Assembly: GCA_041748615.1 (NCBI GenBank)
Contig: JBGTCY010000259.1
Span: 1 to 50,507 of the forward strand
Source of the DNA: Chitinophagales bacterium
GTDB lineage: Bacteria > Bacteroidota > Bacteroidia > Chitinophagales > CAIOSU01
Reading direction: 5' to 3'
DNA: 50,507 nt
The position numbers were made by a program, and so were the translations under genes. Shown piece after piece: positions 19,059 to 29,800 of this stretch. The stretch's first letter is position 1, and the number at the start of each line of letters is the position of its first letter. The notes beneath the pieces were generated by a model. That model saw nothing but the letters and a program-made list of their open reading frames with translations, searched no databases and had not been told where the DNA came from.

Positions 19059-20549
19059 TCAGCGGGTCTTTTTTGTGAATGAAATACGCGGGTCCACTAA
19101 GGCATACAGCAGGTCAGACACCAAAATGCCGAGCATCGTGAGGATGGCGGAAAACATCAGCACCGTGTAAAGCACCGGATAGTTTCGCGCCACCACACTT
19201 TCGTAACTCACCTTGCCCATGCCGGGAATGCTGAAAATAATTTCAATAATCAACGCGCCACTTATCATCGCGGGAAACAATCCGGCAAACATGGTGATAA
19301 TCGGGATGAGCGAATTTCTGAATGCATGTTTCCAGGTGACGGTTTTGTTGTCCAACCCTTTGGCGCGTGCGGTGCGGATATAATCCTGGCGGATAACGGT
19401 TAACATGCCGCCCCGCATTTGCCGGGAAATAAAAGCAAATGAACCATACACAATACAAAACACCGGTAGAACAAGATGATAAGCAAGGTCGCCTATCCGC
19501 TCGAAGAAAGAGGCGTCAGATGAAAGATGCTGCGAATGCACTCCATGGGTGGGAAACCAATTCATGCCATATTCACTGTTGGTGAAAAAGATAATCAGCA
19601 TCGTGGCTATCCAAAAGGAGGGCAATGAATAAAGAATAAAAAGTGTGGTGGTGGTAAATCGGTCGAACACCGTGTCTTTGCGGATGGCGGTTTCCACGCC
19701 AATCGGAATGGAAACAAGATACGCGATGATAATCGCGATGATGTTGATGAGCATCGTATAGCCCACCGCGTCCCACAGGATGGATGAAACCGGGCGACCG
19801 TCTAAGTAGGACACACCGAAATCAGCGCGAAAAAAACCACGCGCCTGCTTGCGCGGGTCATCATTTTCGCCAATCCACGGCACATCGCCAAACAGCCAGC
19901 GGTGATATTGATTGTGCGTGCCATAGAAATGAAATGCCGGAATATATTTTTTGCCGGGCGTTGCCTGACTTTGCATCAGGGCGTATTTTTCTTTCACCGC
20001 TTTGGCATATGGTTGTGCGGAAGCGAGGGAGTTGACGTTCACCGCTTCTTCAATCACTCCAATCAGCCGCTGAATGGTGATGTCGTCATATTTAGTATAA
20101 AGTTCATTACATGTTTCCCGGATTTGCCTCACGCGGGCGAAATTGGAAGTGTCAGTCTGCATGTCAAACAAAGAAAATTCCAATTGCTTCACGCTGTGAT
20201 AATAATCGGAAATCTGCTGCCAGTTGCCATATTCATTCACCAAACGGCTGAGGTTTTCGCGCTCTTTTTTGCGGGGTATTTTATAAAGCGTGTCGGGAGA
20301 TGCTTTTGAGGTGATTTCAAAATAAAAAGCCGGCAGGTTCAGTCCCATGCGCTCGCTCAAATCCAAATAGGCTTTTTCTCCGGCTAACTTTTCGGTGAGC
20401 TGCCCGCCCGCCTGACTTTGCATACCGCCCTGTAAACGCAATTCCACAGGGTCGCCTGGCGCTACTTTGCTGAGAAAAAAAGTAATCAGCGAAATCGCGA
20501 ACAGCGTGGGAATAAAATACAGGATGCGCTTGAGGATGTACTGAAACAT
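19059..20549 (-). CDS. peptide ABC transporter permease (OppB/DppB-like)
   Basis: YILKR, APGDP, DFGVSY, QDYIRTARAKGL, KHAFRNS, DLLYALVDPRI. Confidence 0.93.
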   Translation of the reverse strand: MFQYILKRILYFIPTLFAISLITFFLSKVAPGDPVELRLQGGMQSQAGGQLTEKLAGEKAYLDLSERMGLNLPAFYFEITSKASPDTLYKIPRKKERENLSRLVNEYGNWQQISDYYHSVKQLEFSLFDMQTDTSNFARVRQIRETCNELYTKYDDITIQRLIGVIEEAVNVNSLASAQPYAKAVKEKYALMQSQATPGKKYIPAFHFYGTHNQYHRWLFGDVPWIGENDDPRKQARGFFRADFGVSYLDGRPVSSILWDAVGYTMLINIIAIIIAYLVSIPIGVETAIRKDTVFDRFTTTTLFILYSLPSFWIATMLIIFFTNSEYGMNWFPTHGVHSQHLSSDASFFERIGDLAYHLVLPVFCIVYGSFAFISRQMRGGMLTVIRQDYIRTARAKGLDNKTVTWKHAFRNSLIPIITMFAGLFPAMISGALIIEIIFSIPGMGKVSYESVVARNYPVLYTVLMFSAILTMLGILVSDLLYALVDPRISFTKKTR

Positions 20550-20567
20550 GTCTGTTTTTTTCCCGGA

Positions 20568-22376
20568 TTATGGCATTTTCGCTTCGACTTTCACACCGAA
20601 ATCAGGGTTCAGTTTAAATTCTTCCACCATATACCCGGGGCGATACACATAGCTGTTGGCTTCAAAGCGTTTGTGAATGGCGATTTTCGAAAGCGGAGTC
20701 AGCATGAAAATATAAGGCACTTCATCGTGCATGATTTCCTGGATTTTAAAATACATCTGGTCGCGTTTTTCCACATCATTCTCATAGCGGATTTTGTCAA
20801 TCAAATCATCGGTTTCCTGATTGCCGAAGCCTACATAATTGCTGCCGCCATTATAGGAAGTAGTGTGCCAGATTTGTTTCAAATCCGCCAGGGTGGGAGC
20901 AGCGCTCCAGCCGCTTTGCATCATTTCAAAATCATGCGCTTTGGTCTGGTCAATGAATACCGTCCATTCTTTCTGCACGATTTCCATCTTGCCGCCAATA
21001 CGCTCGATATTTTTCCTGAAAATCAACGCTAATTTTTCCCCCACCGGATTGTCAGATGGCATCAGCAATTCCAAACGTAAAGGTGTCTTCACCCCGTTAA
21101 TTTCTTTGTCGCGAACGCCATCTCCATCCGTATCTATCCACCCTGCTTCATCAAGCAATGCCTGCGCTCTCGTCAAATCATAGGGATAGGGTTTGATATT
21201 TTTGTTGTAATAAGGCTGCGAAGGATGTATCGGTCCGACAGTGCGGTCGGCAAGACCATAATACAATACATCAATCACCTGTTCCACATCCATCGCATAA
21301 GCCAATGCCTGTCTCACCCTTTTATCGGAGAGTTTGCTGTTGCGCATGTTTAAGCCGATATAGAGATAGGCAAGCTGCATGGGAGTATGTAAATTATATT
21401 TTCCAAGAAAACGCTCGTCTTTTTCGAGGTCTTTAAAATCTTTCGAGGGAATGCCGCGCATCACATCCAATCCCTCGTCTTTCAGCGCGGTCAGCGCGGT
21501 GCGGTCGCTGGTGATAATTTCAAAGATGAGGCGGTCGGGATAATTTTCAAAACCGCGAACTTTCCCTGTGAATTGTTCACCCCACCAGTTTTTTGTTTTT
21601 TTCAAAATCAACCGCTGACCGGTTTTCCAGTCATCAAATTCATACGCGCCACAACCCACCACAAAACCTCTTTCACGTTGATATTTCTGCGCATTGAAAT
21701 TTTCAGCAAAACGGATAATATCAGCATCACCTTTCAACCTTTCAGCCTCCTCTTGGTTGCTCAATTGCTTCACGGTGAATTTGCGCATGAGGCGTTCGGG
21801 GTCATAAATGTATTCGGGAACAGGGGTCACCGCGCTCCAGATTTCAGCCATGAAATAACGGTCGTTACAAAAGAAAGTGAATTTTTTAGGGTCACTTTCA
21901 TCAATCGTCATGTCGCCAATAAATTCATAATAGGAACGGAGGTGCGCAGCATCCGATTGAGGATTTTTGATTGCCTTTAAAGAAAACTCCACATCATGAG
22001 CCGTTACAGGCGAGCCATCGGGCCAAACCGCCTCGGTTCTGATACGATAAGTGATTGTTAATCCGCCCGTAAAATCGCCCTCATTTACTTCTTCAATTTC
22101 GGGACGCGCTTCCGCCAAAATCGGCAGGTAATCAAAAGGAGGTTCGGGATTGAGCGCTAATAAAGAGGGAAACAAGGTGCGTGTCACAATTCCGGAGTTG
22201 GCGCTCGTTGAGGTAATCGGGTTCATCTTGTCAAAATCCGCTGACTCATAGATAATAACTTCATTGATGCCTGCGCGCTTGCTTGTGCCGTCACCGGAGC
22301 CGCCCGTGCAGGAAACCAGCAATCCCAGGATGATGATGAACGGAATAAACTTTTTCAGGTTCGATGTGTTGTTCAT
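20568..22376 (-). CDS. peptide ABC transporter substrate-binding lipoprotein (family 5, OppA-like)
   Basis: Lipobox LVSC; WPDGSPVTAHDV, VGCGAY, DKRVRQAL, LLDEAGW.DTDGDG. Confidence 0.92.
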   Translation of the reverse strand: MNNTSNLKKFIPFIIILGLLVSCTGGSGDGTSKRAGINEVIIYESADFDKMNPITSTSANSGIVTRTLFPSLLALNPEPPFDYLPILAEARPEIEEVNEGDFTGGLTITYRIRTEAVWPDGSPVTAHDVEFSLKAIKNPQSDAAHLRSYYEFIGDMTIDESDPKKFTFFCNDRYFMAEIWSAVTPVPEYIYDPERLMRKFTVKQLSNQEEAERLKGDADIIRFAENFNAQKYQRERGFVVGCGAYEFDDWKTGQRLILKKTKNWWGEQFTGKVRGFENYPDRLIFEIITSDRTALTALKDEGLDVMRGIPSKDFKDLEKDERFLGKYNLHTPMQLAYLYIGLNMRNSKLSDKRVRQALAYAMDVEQVIDVLYYGLADRTVGPIHPSQPYYNKNIKPYPYDLTRAQALLDEAGWIDTDGDGVRDKEINGVKTPLRLELLMPSDNPVGEKLALIFRKNIERIGGKMEIVQKEWTVFIDQTKAHDFEMMQSGWSAAPTLADLKQIWHTTSYNGGSNYVGFGNQETDDLIDKIRYENDVEKRDQMYFKIQEIMHDEVPYIFMLTPLSKIAIHKRFEANSYVYRPGYMVEEFKLNPDFGVKVEAKMP

Positions 22377-22431
22377 GTGAAAACTTTTGAAAAAATACTT
22401 TATTTAATGATTTGCTAAAATCAGCGGTCAG

Positions 22432-22439
22432 CAAATATA
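22432..22439 (-). promoter_or_regulatory. -7 promoter element for the opp operon
   Basis: TATATTTG on the minus strand. Confidence 0.55.
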
Positions 22440-22538
22440 ATAATTTGGAGAGGTTAAAGAAATGAAGAGGATAATTTGATATAAAACATCGCTCGAAGTC
22501 ATTAATGTTACTTTTGTTCAATAGTTTAAAAAATAGAA

Positions 22539-23450
22539 ATGCACACCACACTCATCACCGGAGGAACCGGATTAATCGGCAGTCATCTCAGCCGCCTGTT
22601 AGCGAAAGAAGGTCACACAGTCAACCTGCTCAGTCGGGGAGCATCTGCTCCATCGGAAGGCGTGAGCAAAGTCTATCAATGGGATATTGATAAGGAGCAA
22701 ATAGATGAGAAGGCGATTGCCACTGCCGATTATATCATTCATCTGGCAGGCGTTCCCGTTGCCGGGGCAAAATGGACAAAAAAAAGAAAAGAGCAGATTT
22801 ATTTCAGCAGGGTGGCAGGCACGATGTTGTTATCCAAAAAAATCAATGAGGTTGGAAAAAATGTGAAAGCCTTTATCAGCGCATCGGCTGTCGGTTATTA
22901 TGGCGATTGCGGAGACCGATGGCTCACTGAGGACGCTCCTAACGGAAATGATTTTCTGGCGCATGTCTGCCGCGACTGGGAAAAATACAGCATCGGGGAA
23001 GGCGCTCCGGATGTCCGTTCGGTTGCTTTACGTACCGGCATTGTGTTGTCCAAAGAAGGAGGCGCACTGCCCGAACTTGAAAAGTCCATGAACTTTGGAA
23101 TAGCGACCTACCTGGGTGACGGCAGTCAATATTATTCATGGCTGCACATTGATGACATCTGTCGCATGTATCTTCACGCCCTTCAAACCGAAACCATGCA
23201 AGGCGCTTACAATGCCGTAGCGCCTGAGCCGGTCACCAACAAAGAACTTGTCAGCGCTATCCGAAAAGCCAAAGGCTGTTTCGCATTGGAACTACCGGCA
23301 CCAACATTCGTACTCAAATTTGCTTTGGGTGAAATGAGTGATGCCATTCTCGGTAGCCAGCGCTGCACCTCCAAAAAAATCGAGCAAACCGGGTTTCGGT
23401 TTTCGTTTCCGGATTTGAAAGGGGCATTGAGGGATATTTATGCAAAGTGA
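22539..23450 (+). CDS. TIGR01777-family NAD(P)-dependent epimerase/oxidoreductase
   Basis: ITGGTGLIG, HLAG, SASAVGYYG, FLAHVCRDWE, RTGIVL, WLHIDD; TACTTTTG promoter at 22509-22516. Confidence 0.92.
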   Translation: MHTTLITGGTGLIGSHLSRLLAKEGHTVNLLSRGASAPSEGVSKVYQWDIDKEQIDEKAIATADYIIHLAGVPVAGAKWTKKRKEQIYFSRVAGTMLLSKKINEVGKNVKAFISASAVGYYGDCGDRWLTEDAPNGNDFLAHVCRDWEKYSIGEGAPDVRSVALRTGIVLSKEGGALPELEKSMNFGIATYLGDGSQYYSWLHIDDICRMYLHALQTETMQGAYNAVAPEPVTNKELVSAIRKAKGCFALELPAPTFVLKFALGEMSDAILGSQRCTSKKIEQTGFRFSFPDLKGALRDIYAK

Positions 23451-23455
23451 TTGTT

Positions 23456-23511
23456 TGTCCATAGTCCATTGTCGATAGTCCATCGTCAACAGCCCACAGC
23501 CCACGGTTGAC
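23456..23511. repeat. degenerate heptamer tandem array (8 units)
   Basis: TGTCCAT AGTCCAT TGTCGAT AGTCCAT CGTCAAC AGCCCAC AGCCCAC GGTTGAC. Confidence 0.85.
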
Positions 23512-23601
23512 AGTTGTTCGGTATTTAATTTGCGAATCTGGTGCAATTAACAACCGCAGCATTCAAATCTTACAAGACAAATCCGTTCATAAAAATTTAA
23601 C

Positions 23602-23653
23602 GGAAACTTTGAAACATTTTTTTGTTTCCTAAGTTTATTTGTGTATAAATTTG
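23602..23653 (+). promoter_or_regulatory. promoter (-33 TTTG 23621-24, -7 TAAATTTG 23646-53) with overlapping palindromic operator candidate
   Basis: 21-bp spacer; GGAAAC...GTTTCC and nested GAAACA...TGTTTC inverted repeats over the -33 box. Confidence 0.6.
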
Positions 23654-23686
23654 CCAACCGCTTACAAACATACCCTTCACACTGTC

Positions 23687-24289
23687 TTGAAAAACACAAG
23701 TCATATCCTTTCAAAAACCGAAGAGCTTTTCCTGAGCTACGGGATTAAAAGCATCACGATGGATGATGTGGCGCGGGAGATGGGGATTTCCAAGAAAACG
23801 CTCTATCTCCATGTGAGTGACAAGTCCGACTTAGTGAATAAGACCATGAAAAACCACTTGCAGCGGGAGAGAGCGGCAATCAAAGAAATTTGCCAGCAGA
23901 GCAACAACGCGATTGAAGAAATGTTTGAAATCGGAAAACATGTGACCGTGCATCTGCGCTCCTTAAACACCTCCATCGTTTATGATTTGCAGAAATACTA
24001 TCCGCAAACGTGGCGCATTTTCATGGAATATAAAATCAGCTTCGTTTATTCCGTGATTTTTCAAAACATCAAAAAAGGAATCAATGACGGTTTGTATCGC
24101 GAAGAAGTCAACCCGGATATTATCGCGAAATTCTACACTTCCCGTTCCGAGATGCTGGTGAATCAGGAAATATTTCCATTTCCGGAATATACGGTGATGA
24201 AGGTGTATGAAGAATACCTGAAATACCATATTCGCGGTATCGCGACTGCTAAAGGATTGCGTTATCTGCAAAAACAAAAACTCGACTGA
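23687..24289 (+). CDS. TetR/AcrR-family transcriptional regulator
   Basis: LFLSYGIKSITMDDVAREMGISKKTLY HTH; TTG start inferred downstream of the -7 box. Confidence 0.92.
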   Translation: MKNTSHILSKTEELFLSYGIKSITMDDVAREMGISKKTLYLHVSDKSDLVNKTMKNHLQRERAAIKEICQQSNNAIEEMFEIGKHVTVHLRSLNTSIVYDLQKYYPQTWRIFMEYKISFVYSVIFQNIKKGINDGLYREEVNPDIIAKFYTSRSEMLVNQEIFPFPEYTVMKVYEEYLKYHIRGIATAKGLRYLQKQKLD

Positions 24290-25626
24290 TGAATCCGCAA
24301 AAAATATTTTATTTCATCATAATGTTTCTGGCAACAGTAAGCCCAGCTGCCGGACAGGAAAAGATTTTAAACTTCAGCCTGGAAGAGGCAATTCAATTCG
24401 CGTTGATCAATAATACAAATGCGAAGAATTCAAGATTAGATGCGGACATCAACCGGAAGCGGGCTTTGGAAATTCTTACGGAGGGATTACCGCAATTGAG
24501 CCTTGATGTAAGATATAGACATAATTTAAAGTTGCCGGTCAGTATTGTTCCCGCCAATACTTTCCCGATGCAGTCGGAGGAGTTTGCGGTGGAATTTGGC
24601 ACGAAACACAATGTGACCGCGGATTTCTTAGTGACACAATTAATTGTTGACGGCAGATATTTTATCGGATTGAAAGCGAACAAAACGCTCGTTGCGATGG
24701 GCGATGAAATCATTGGGTTGTCGGAAAGTGAAGTGCGCCTGAATGTATCAACCGCCTATTACGCGGTATTGGTTGCCCGTGAAAGCAGGATGTTTGTTCA
24801 AAAGAACCTTGAGTCGCTGAATAAATTATTATACGAAACCACAGAGTTATACAACAGCGGGTTTGCCGAAGAATTGGATGTTGACCGCCTGCAACTGCAA
24901 TTATCCAACATGAAATCCAACGATCGTAAAACGGAACTTCAGTTGGAGCTGACAAAAAACATTTTAAAATATCAAATGGGACTGGACCATACGATTGATA
25001 TTTCGTTGAGCGACAATCTGGAATCATTGCTGGCAGCCACCACGGTGGACGCGGACGCGGCTTTCAGTTACGAGAGCCGCAAAGAATTCCGTTTGCTTTC
25101 CTTGCAGGGGAACATGCGCGCCTTTGATGCGCAGCGGATAAAAGCAGCTTACATGCCTTCACTTTCCGCTTTTGCCGGTTATGGTTTCAATGCGCAGCGA
25201 CAGGAGTTCAATATTTTCGATTTTAATGAAAAATGGTTTCAAATCGCTTACTGGGGCATCGAGTTGAGAGTGCCCATTTTCGACAGTTACCGCAATGGCG
25301 CTATTTATCAGCAGAAGCGATTGGAGCAGCAAAAAATCATGAACCAAATCAGTGATTTCAAACAACAATCCAACCTACAGGTGACACAAACAAAAACCGG
25401 GTATAAAAACTCATTGGATGAATTTCAAAACCAAAGAAAAAATCTCGACCTGGCTCAGAAAATTTATGACAAGGTGCAAATCATGTACAAAGAGGGAGTA
25501 GGAACAAGTTTGGAGTTGGCGAACGCGGAAACTTCGCTGACTCAAACGCAAGCCAATTATGTAAACGCCATTTACGATTTGTTAATGAAGCGCTCTGAAT
25601 TGGAAAACGCGTTGGGAAAATATTAA
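24289..25626 (+). CDS. TolC-family outer membrane efflux protein
   Basis: SLEEAIQFAL, LPQL, AYYAVL, YMPSLS, YKEGVGTSLEL. Confidence 0.92.
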   Translation: MNPQKIFYFIIMFLATVSPAAGQEKILNFSLEEAIQFALINNTNAKNSRLDADINRKRALEILTEGLPQLSLDVRYRHNLKLPVSIVPANTFPMQSEEFAVEFGTKHNVTADFLVTQLIVDGRYFIGLKANKTLVAMGDEIIGLSESEVRLNVSTAYYAVLVARESRMFVQKNLESLNKLLYETTELYNSGFAEELDVDRLQLQLSNMKSNDRKTELQLELTKNILKYQMGLDHTIDISLSDNLESLLAATTVDADAAFSYESRKEFRLLSLQGNMRAFDAQRIKAAYMPSLSAFAGYGFNAQRQEFNIFDFNEKWFQIAYWGIELRVPIFDSYRNGAIYQQKRLEQQKIMNQISDFKQQSNLQVTQTKTGYKNSLDEFQNQRKNLDLAQKIYDKVQIMYKEGVGTSLELANAETSLTQTQANYVNAIYDLLMKRSELENALGKY

Positions 25627-25649
25627 AAGAACATTTTAAAATATTATCA

Positions 25650-26801
25650 ATGAAAAGCCTGCAGATTTATTTTTTATTTATCCTCATCGTATTCTCCGGT
25701 TGCGGGAGTGGAAATGATATGGAAAAAAAGAAAAAGAAACTCGAAAGCGTGAAGCAAAAGCGCGGGAAGCTGGATTTCCAGATTCAGGAATTGGAAAAAG
25801 AAATTCTTGAGTTGGATACCACCGCGCTTGATATAATTAAACACGGCAAGTTAGTTACCGTATTCAAGGCTGAAAAAAAAGAGTTCAAAAACTTTATAGA
25901 CATTCAGGGTACTGCTGAATCCAATAAAAATGTACCGATGAGCGCTGAGTTGGGTGGTGAAATTGTCGCGCTTTCCGTCAAAGAAGGAGAACGTGTGAAA
26001 GCCGGACAGTTATTGCTGAGGATTGATGATGAAATCATTCTGAAAGATATCAACGAGGTGAAGTTAGCTCTGGAACTGGCAAAAACCGTTTTTGAACGTC
26101 AGCAGAATTTATGGGAAAAAAATATCGGCTCAGAAATACAGCTTTTGGAAGCGAAAAATAAAAAAGAATCTCTGGAAGCGAAGTATTCAAAATTACAATC
26201 CCAATTAGGAAAAGCACGCGTCACAGCACCCGTAAACGGAACCGTGGAGAATATCAGGGTGAAAATTGGGGAGATGGCGAAACCAGGTATGTTGTTGATG
26301 AATGTTTTGAACCTTGACCAAATCATCGTGAAAGCCGATGTGCCGGAACGCTATGTCGGAAAAGTTCACAAAGGAGATGAAGTGAGCATCAGTTTTCCCG
26401 CCACCAAAGAAATGAGAAAAGGAGTTATTAATTCAGTGGGCAACCTGATTAATCCGGCAAACAGAACATTCAGGGTGGAAGTCGAACTGCCGAATAAAGA
26501 CCATTCGCTGAAGGCAAACCTGCTTGCAGTCATCAAAATTGTGGATTATAAAAACCCGGAAGTGGTGGTGCTGCCAACCCGCCTGATTCAGCAGGACAAA
26601 GAACAATCCTATGTTTTCGTTGCAGATGACAATAGCGAAATGCCGGTTGCGGTAAAAAAGACCATTACCGTGGGAATTACCTACGGGTTTGAAACTGAAA
26701 TATTATCCGGTGTTTCAGTCGGAGCGTTGGTGATTGATGAGGGCTATCATGATGTGACGGAAGGCTCTGTGCTTGATATTCAACAACCTACTGAAAACTA
26801 A
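25650..26801 (+). CDS. RND efflux periplasmic adaptor subunit
   Basis: Lipobox FSGC; VKEGERVKAGQLL, VTAPVNG, INPANRTF. Confidence 0.92.
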   Translation: MKSLQIYFLFILIVFSGCGSGNDMEKKKKKLESVKQKRGKLDFQIQELEKEILELDTTALDIIKHGKLVTVFKAEKKEFKNFIDIQGTAESNKNVPMSAELGGEIVALSVKEGERVKAGQLLLRIDDEIILKDINEVKLALELAKTVFERQQNLWEKNIGSEIQLLEAKNKKESLEAKYSKLQSQLGKARVTAPVNGTVENIRVKIGEMAKPGMLLMNVLNLDQIIVKADVPERYVGKVHKGDEVSISFPATKEMRKGVINSVGNLINPANRTFRVEVELPNKDHSLKANLLAVIKIVDYKNPEVVVLPTRLIQQDKEQSYVFVADDNSEMPVAVKKTITVGITYGFETEILSGVSVGALVIDEGYHDVTEGSVLDIQQPTEN

Positions 26802-26810
26802 CCAACAGCG

Positions 26811-29800
26811 ATGGAAGGAAATGAAACAGCAGGCAGAGCGGTCATCAGGGAGTTTGGATTATCTTCCCTCGCGGTGAATAACCGTACGGTGGTTTTCATT
26901 CTCATGTTTATGATTTTATTGGGAGGATTGAGCGCTTACAGAATGATGCCGCGCGAAAATTTTCCCGAGGTGGTGATTCCTACAATTTATGTGGGCACCA
27001 CCTACGCGGGTAACTCGCCTGCTGATATTGAAAACCTCGTTACCCGCCCGCTTGAAAAAGAAATCAATACCATCAAGGGCATCAAAAAACTCAACTCTAC
27101 TTCCATTCAGGATTTTTCCACGATAATCGTGGAGTTCAATATTGATGTGAGTGTAGTTAAAGCGTTGCGCGATGTGAAAGACGCGGTTGACAGAGCCAAA
27201 AGAGAATTACCCGCTGACCTTGACCGTGACCCTAATGTGTTCGAAATGGATTTCTCGCAGTTTCCAATTATGAACATCAACTTGTATGGCGACATTCATC
27301 TTGACATTCTGAAAGAATATGCTGAATACCTGCAGGATGAAATCGAAAAATTGTCTGAAATATCAGAGGTGGTCATCAAAGGCGCTTTAGACCGTGAAGT
27401 GAGAATTGATGTGAATGTATTTAAGATGAACTCGGTGGAAGTGAGTTTCAATGATATTGAAAATGCGATTGCCGCTGAGAACGTCACCATCTCCGGAGGC
27501 GATTTGCGGACGAATGACACGCGCAGGAATATCCGCGTCATCGGGGAGTTCAAAGATGTCAGTGAAATAGGAGACATCATCGTCAAGCATAAAGATGAAG
27601 ACATTGTTTTCCTGAAAGACATCGCGGATATTTCCTTTGATTATGAAGACCGTAAAAGTTTTGCTCGCGCGGGAGATCTGCCGGTGGTTTCGCTTGATGT
27701 GAAAAAAAGAGGTGGAGAAAATTTGGTGAATGCCGCGGATAAGATTAAGGTCATCATTGATAAAGCGAAGGAAAAAAAGTTTCCGGAAAACCTGATAATC
27801 TCTATCACCAATGACCAGTCGAAGCAAACGAAAGTGCAGGTGAGTAATCTCGAAAACAGTATCATTTCGGGAGTCCTCTTAGTAGTGTTGGTGCTTCAGC
27901 TTTTCATGGGTTTGCGCAACTCGATGTTTGTGGGCATTGCCATTCCGCTTTCCATGCTCATGAGTATCGGGTTGCTGAATATGTTTGGCGTAACGCTGAA
28001 TATGATGGTGCTTTTTTCACTCATTCTCGCACTCGGCATGTTGGTGGATAATGGCATTGTGGTGGTGGAAAATACCTATCGCCTGATGCAGGAAGGCATG
28101 TCGCCTTTGCGCGCTGCCAAGGAAGGCGTGGGCGAAGTGGCGATGCCCGTGATAATTTCTACGCTGACCACTCTCGCGGCTTTCGCACCACTGCTGTTTT
28201 GGGACGACATCATGGGCGAGTTTATGAAGTTTCTGCCCATCACGCTCATTATTTCACTCTCTTCTTCACTTTTCATCGCGCTCATTATTAATCCGGTGCT
28301 GGCTTCGGTTTTCATGAAGGTGCAGGATGAGCGGAAAAAAATCCGGTGGCGTCCGTTGCTGATTACCCTTGCCATCCTTGTTATTATCATGACAGTCGGC
28401 TACGTTCTTAAAATCTGGATGCTCGGTAATTTTTTCCTGTGGGTCATTATCATCACTGTGGTAAATGTTTTCATCTTAGTTCCGTTTTCATATTGGTTCC
28501 GTCACAATATTTTGGTTTGGATTGAAAATTTATACATGCGTACCCTGAAATTCGCGGTGTCAGGATACAAGCCGGTTTTCTTTTTGATAGGCATGGTTTT
28601 CCTGTTGGTTTTTTCTATTACTTTTCTGTTTTTGAGAGGTCCATCCGTTTCGTTTTTTCCCATCAACGAGCCATTATATGTTAACATTTTCATTGAACTG
28701 CCATTAGGTTCTGATATAGAAAAAACCAATGAAGTAACTAAAAAAGTGCAAAGACGCGTGAATGCCGCGTTGGAAGGGTATGAATTTCTTGTGGATGCCA
28801 TCATAACCAACGTGGGAGAAGGAACCACTGATCCGATGGAGGGTCCGAGTATAGGCGTCACTCCGCATAAAGGAAAAATCACGGTGGGTTTTGTGGATTA
28901 TGAATTGAGAGAAGGCGTCAATACACAAGATGTGATGGAGCGCATCAGGGAGAATGTGCAGGTTTTTCCGGGCGTATTAATTACCGTTGACAAAAACAGA
29001 AATGGTCCCCCGGTCGGAAAGCAAATCAGTATTGAAGTCAGCGGGGAAGATTATCCCGAACTGATTTCCCTTGCAGAAAAAATCAAAACGCAAATTGACA
29101 ATTACAACATTCCCGGAGTTGAAGAACTGAAACTTGATTTGGAAAAAGGAAAACCGGAATTGATTGTGCATGTGGACCGTACTGCAAGCAGGCGATATGG
29201 CGTATCCACCGGTCAGGTCGCTTCAACGATTCGTACCGCTTTATTCGGAAAAGAGATTTCAAAATTCAAACAAGGTGAAGATGATTATCCCATCATGTTG
29301 CGTTTCAATGAAGAAGACCGGCATGAGCTTTCTTCCATTCTGAATCAACGCATCACCTTCCGCGACCAGGGCAGCGGTAAAATAGTTTCCATCCCGATTT
29401 CATCACTTGCCACAATAGAATACACTTCAACTTATGGCTCGATTAAGCGGAGAAACATGAACCGCGTCATCACGATTTCTTCCAACGTGAATGAGGGATA
29501 TAACGCCAATGAAATCAATGAAAAAATAAAACAGGTTATTTCAGGATATGAAATACCTTCAGGATTCATCGTCAAATTCACCGGTGAACAGCAGGAGCAG
29601 GCAAAGACACAGGCATTTCTAACCAATGCTTTCATCATTTCCATCTTCTTGGTATTCCTAATCATCGTGGCGCAATTCAATTCTTTGCATTCACCGATTA
29701 TTATCATGAGTTCTGTTGCCTTCAGCACAATCGGGGTTTTCCTCGGTCTTGCCATTTCTAAAATGGATATTGTGGTATTGATGACCGGTATCGGCATCAT

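Noticed and set aside
23292-23562. Short minus-strand ORFs with MDYRQWTMD / LSTMDYG repeats
   Set aside because: Translations of the heptamer array, overlapping the TIGR01777 gene antisense
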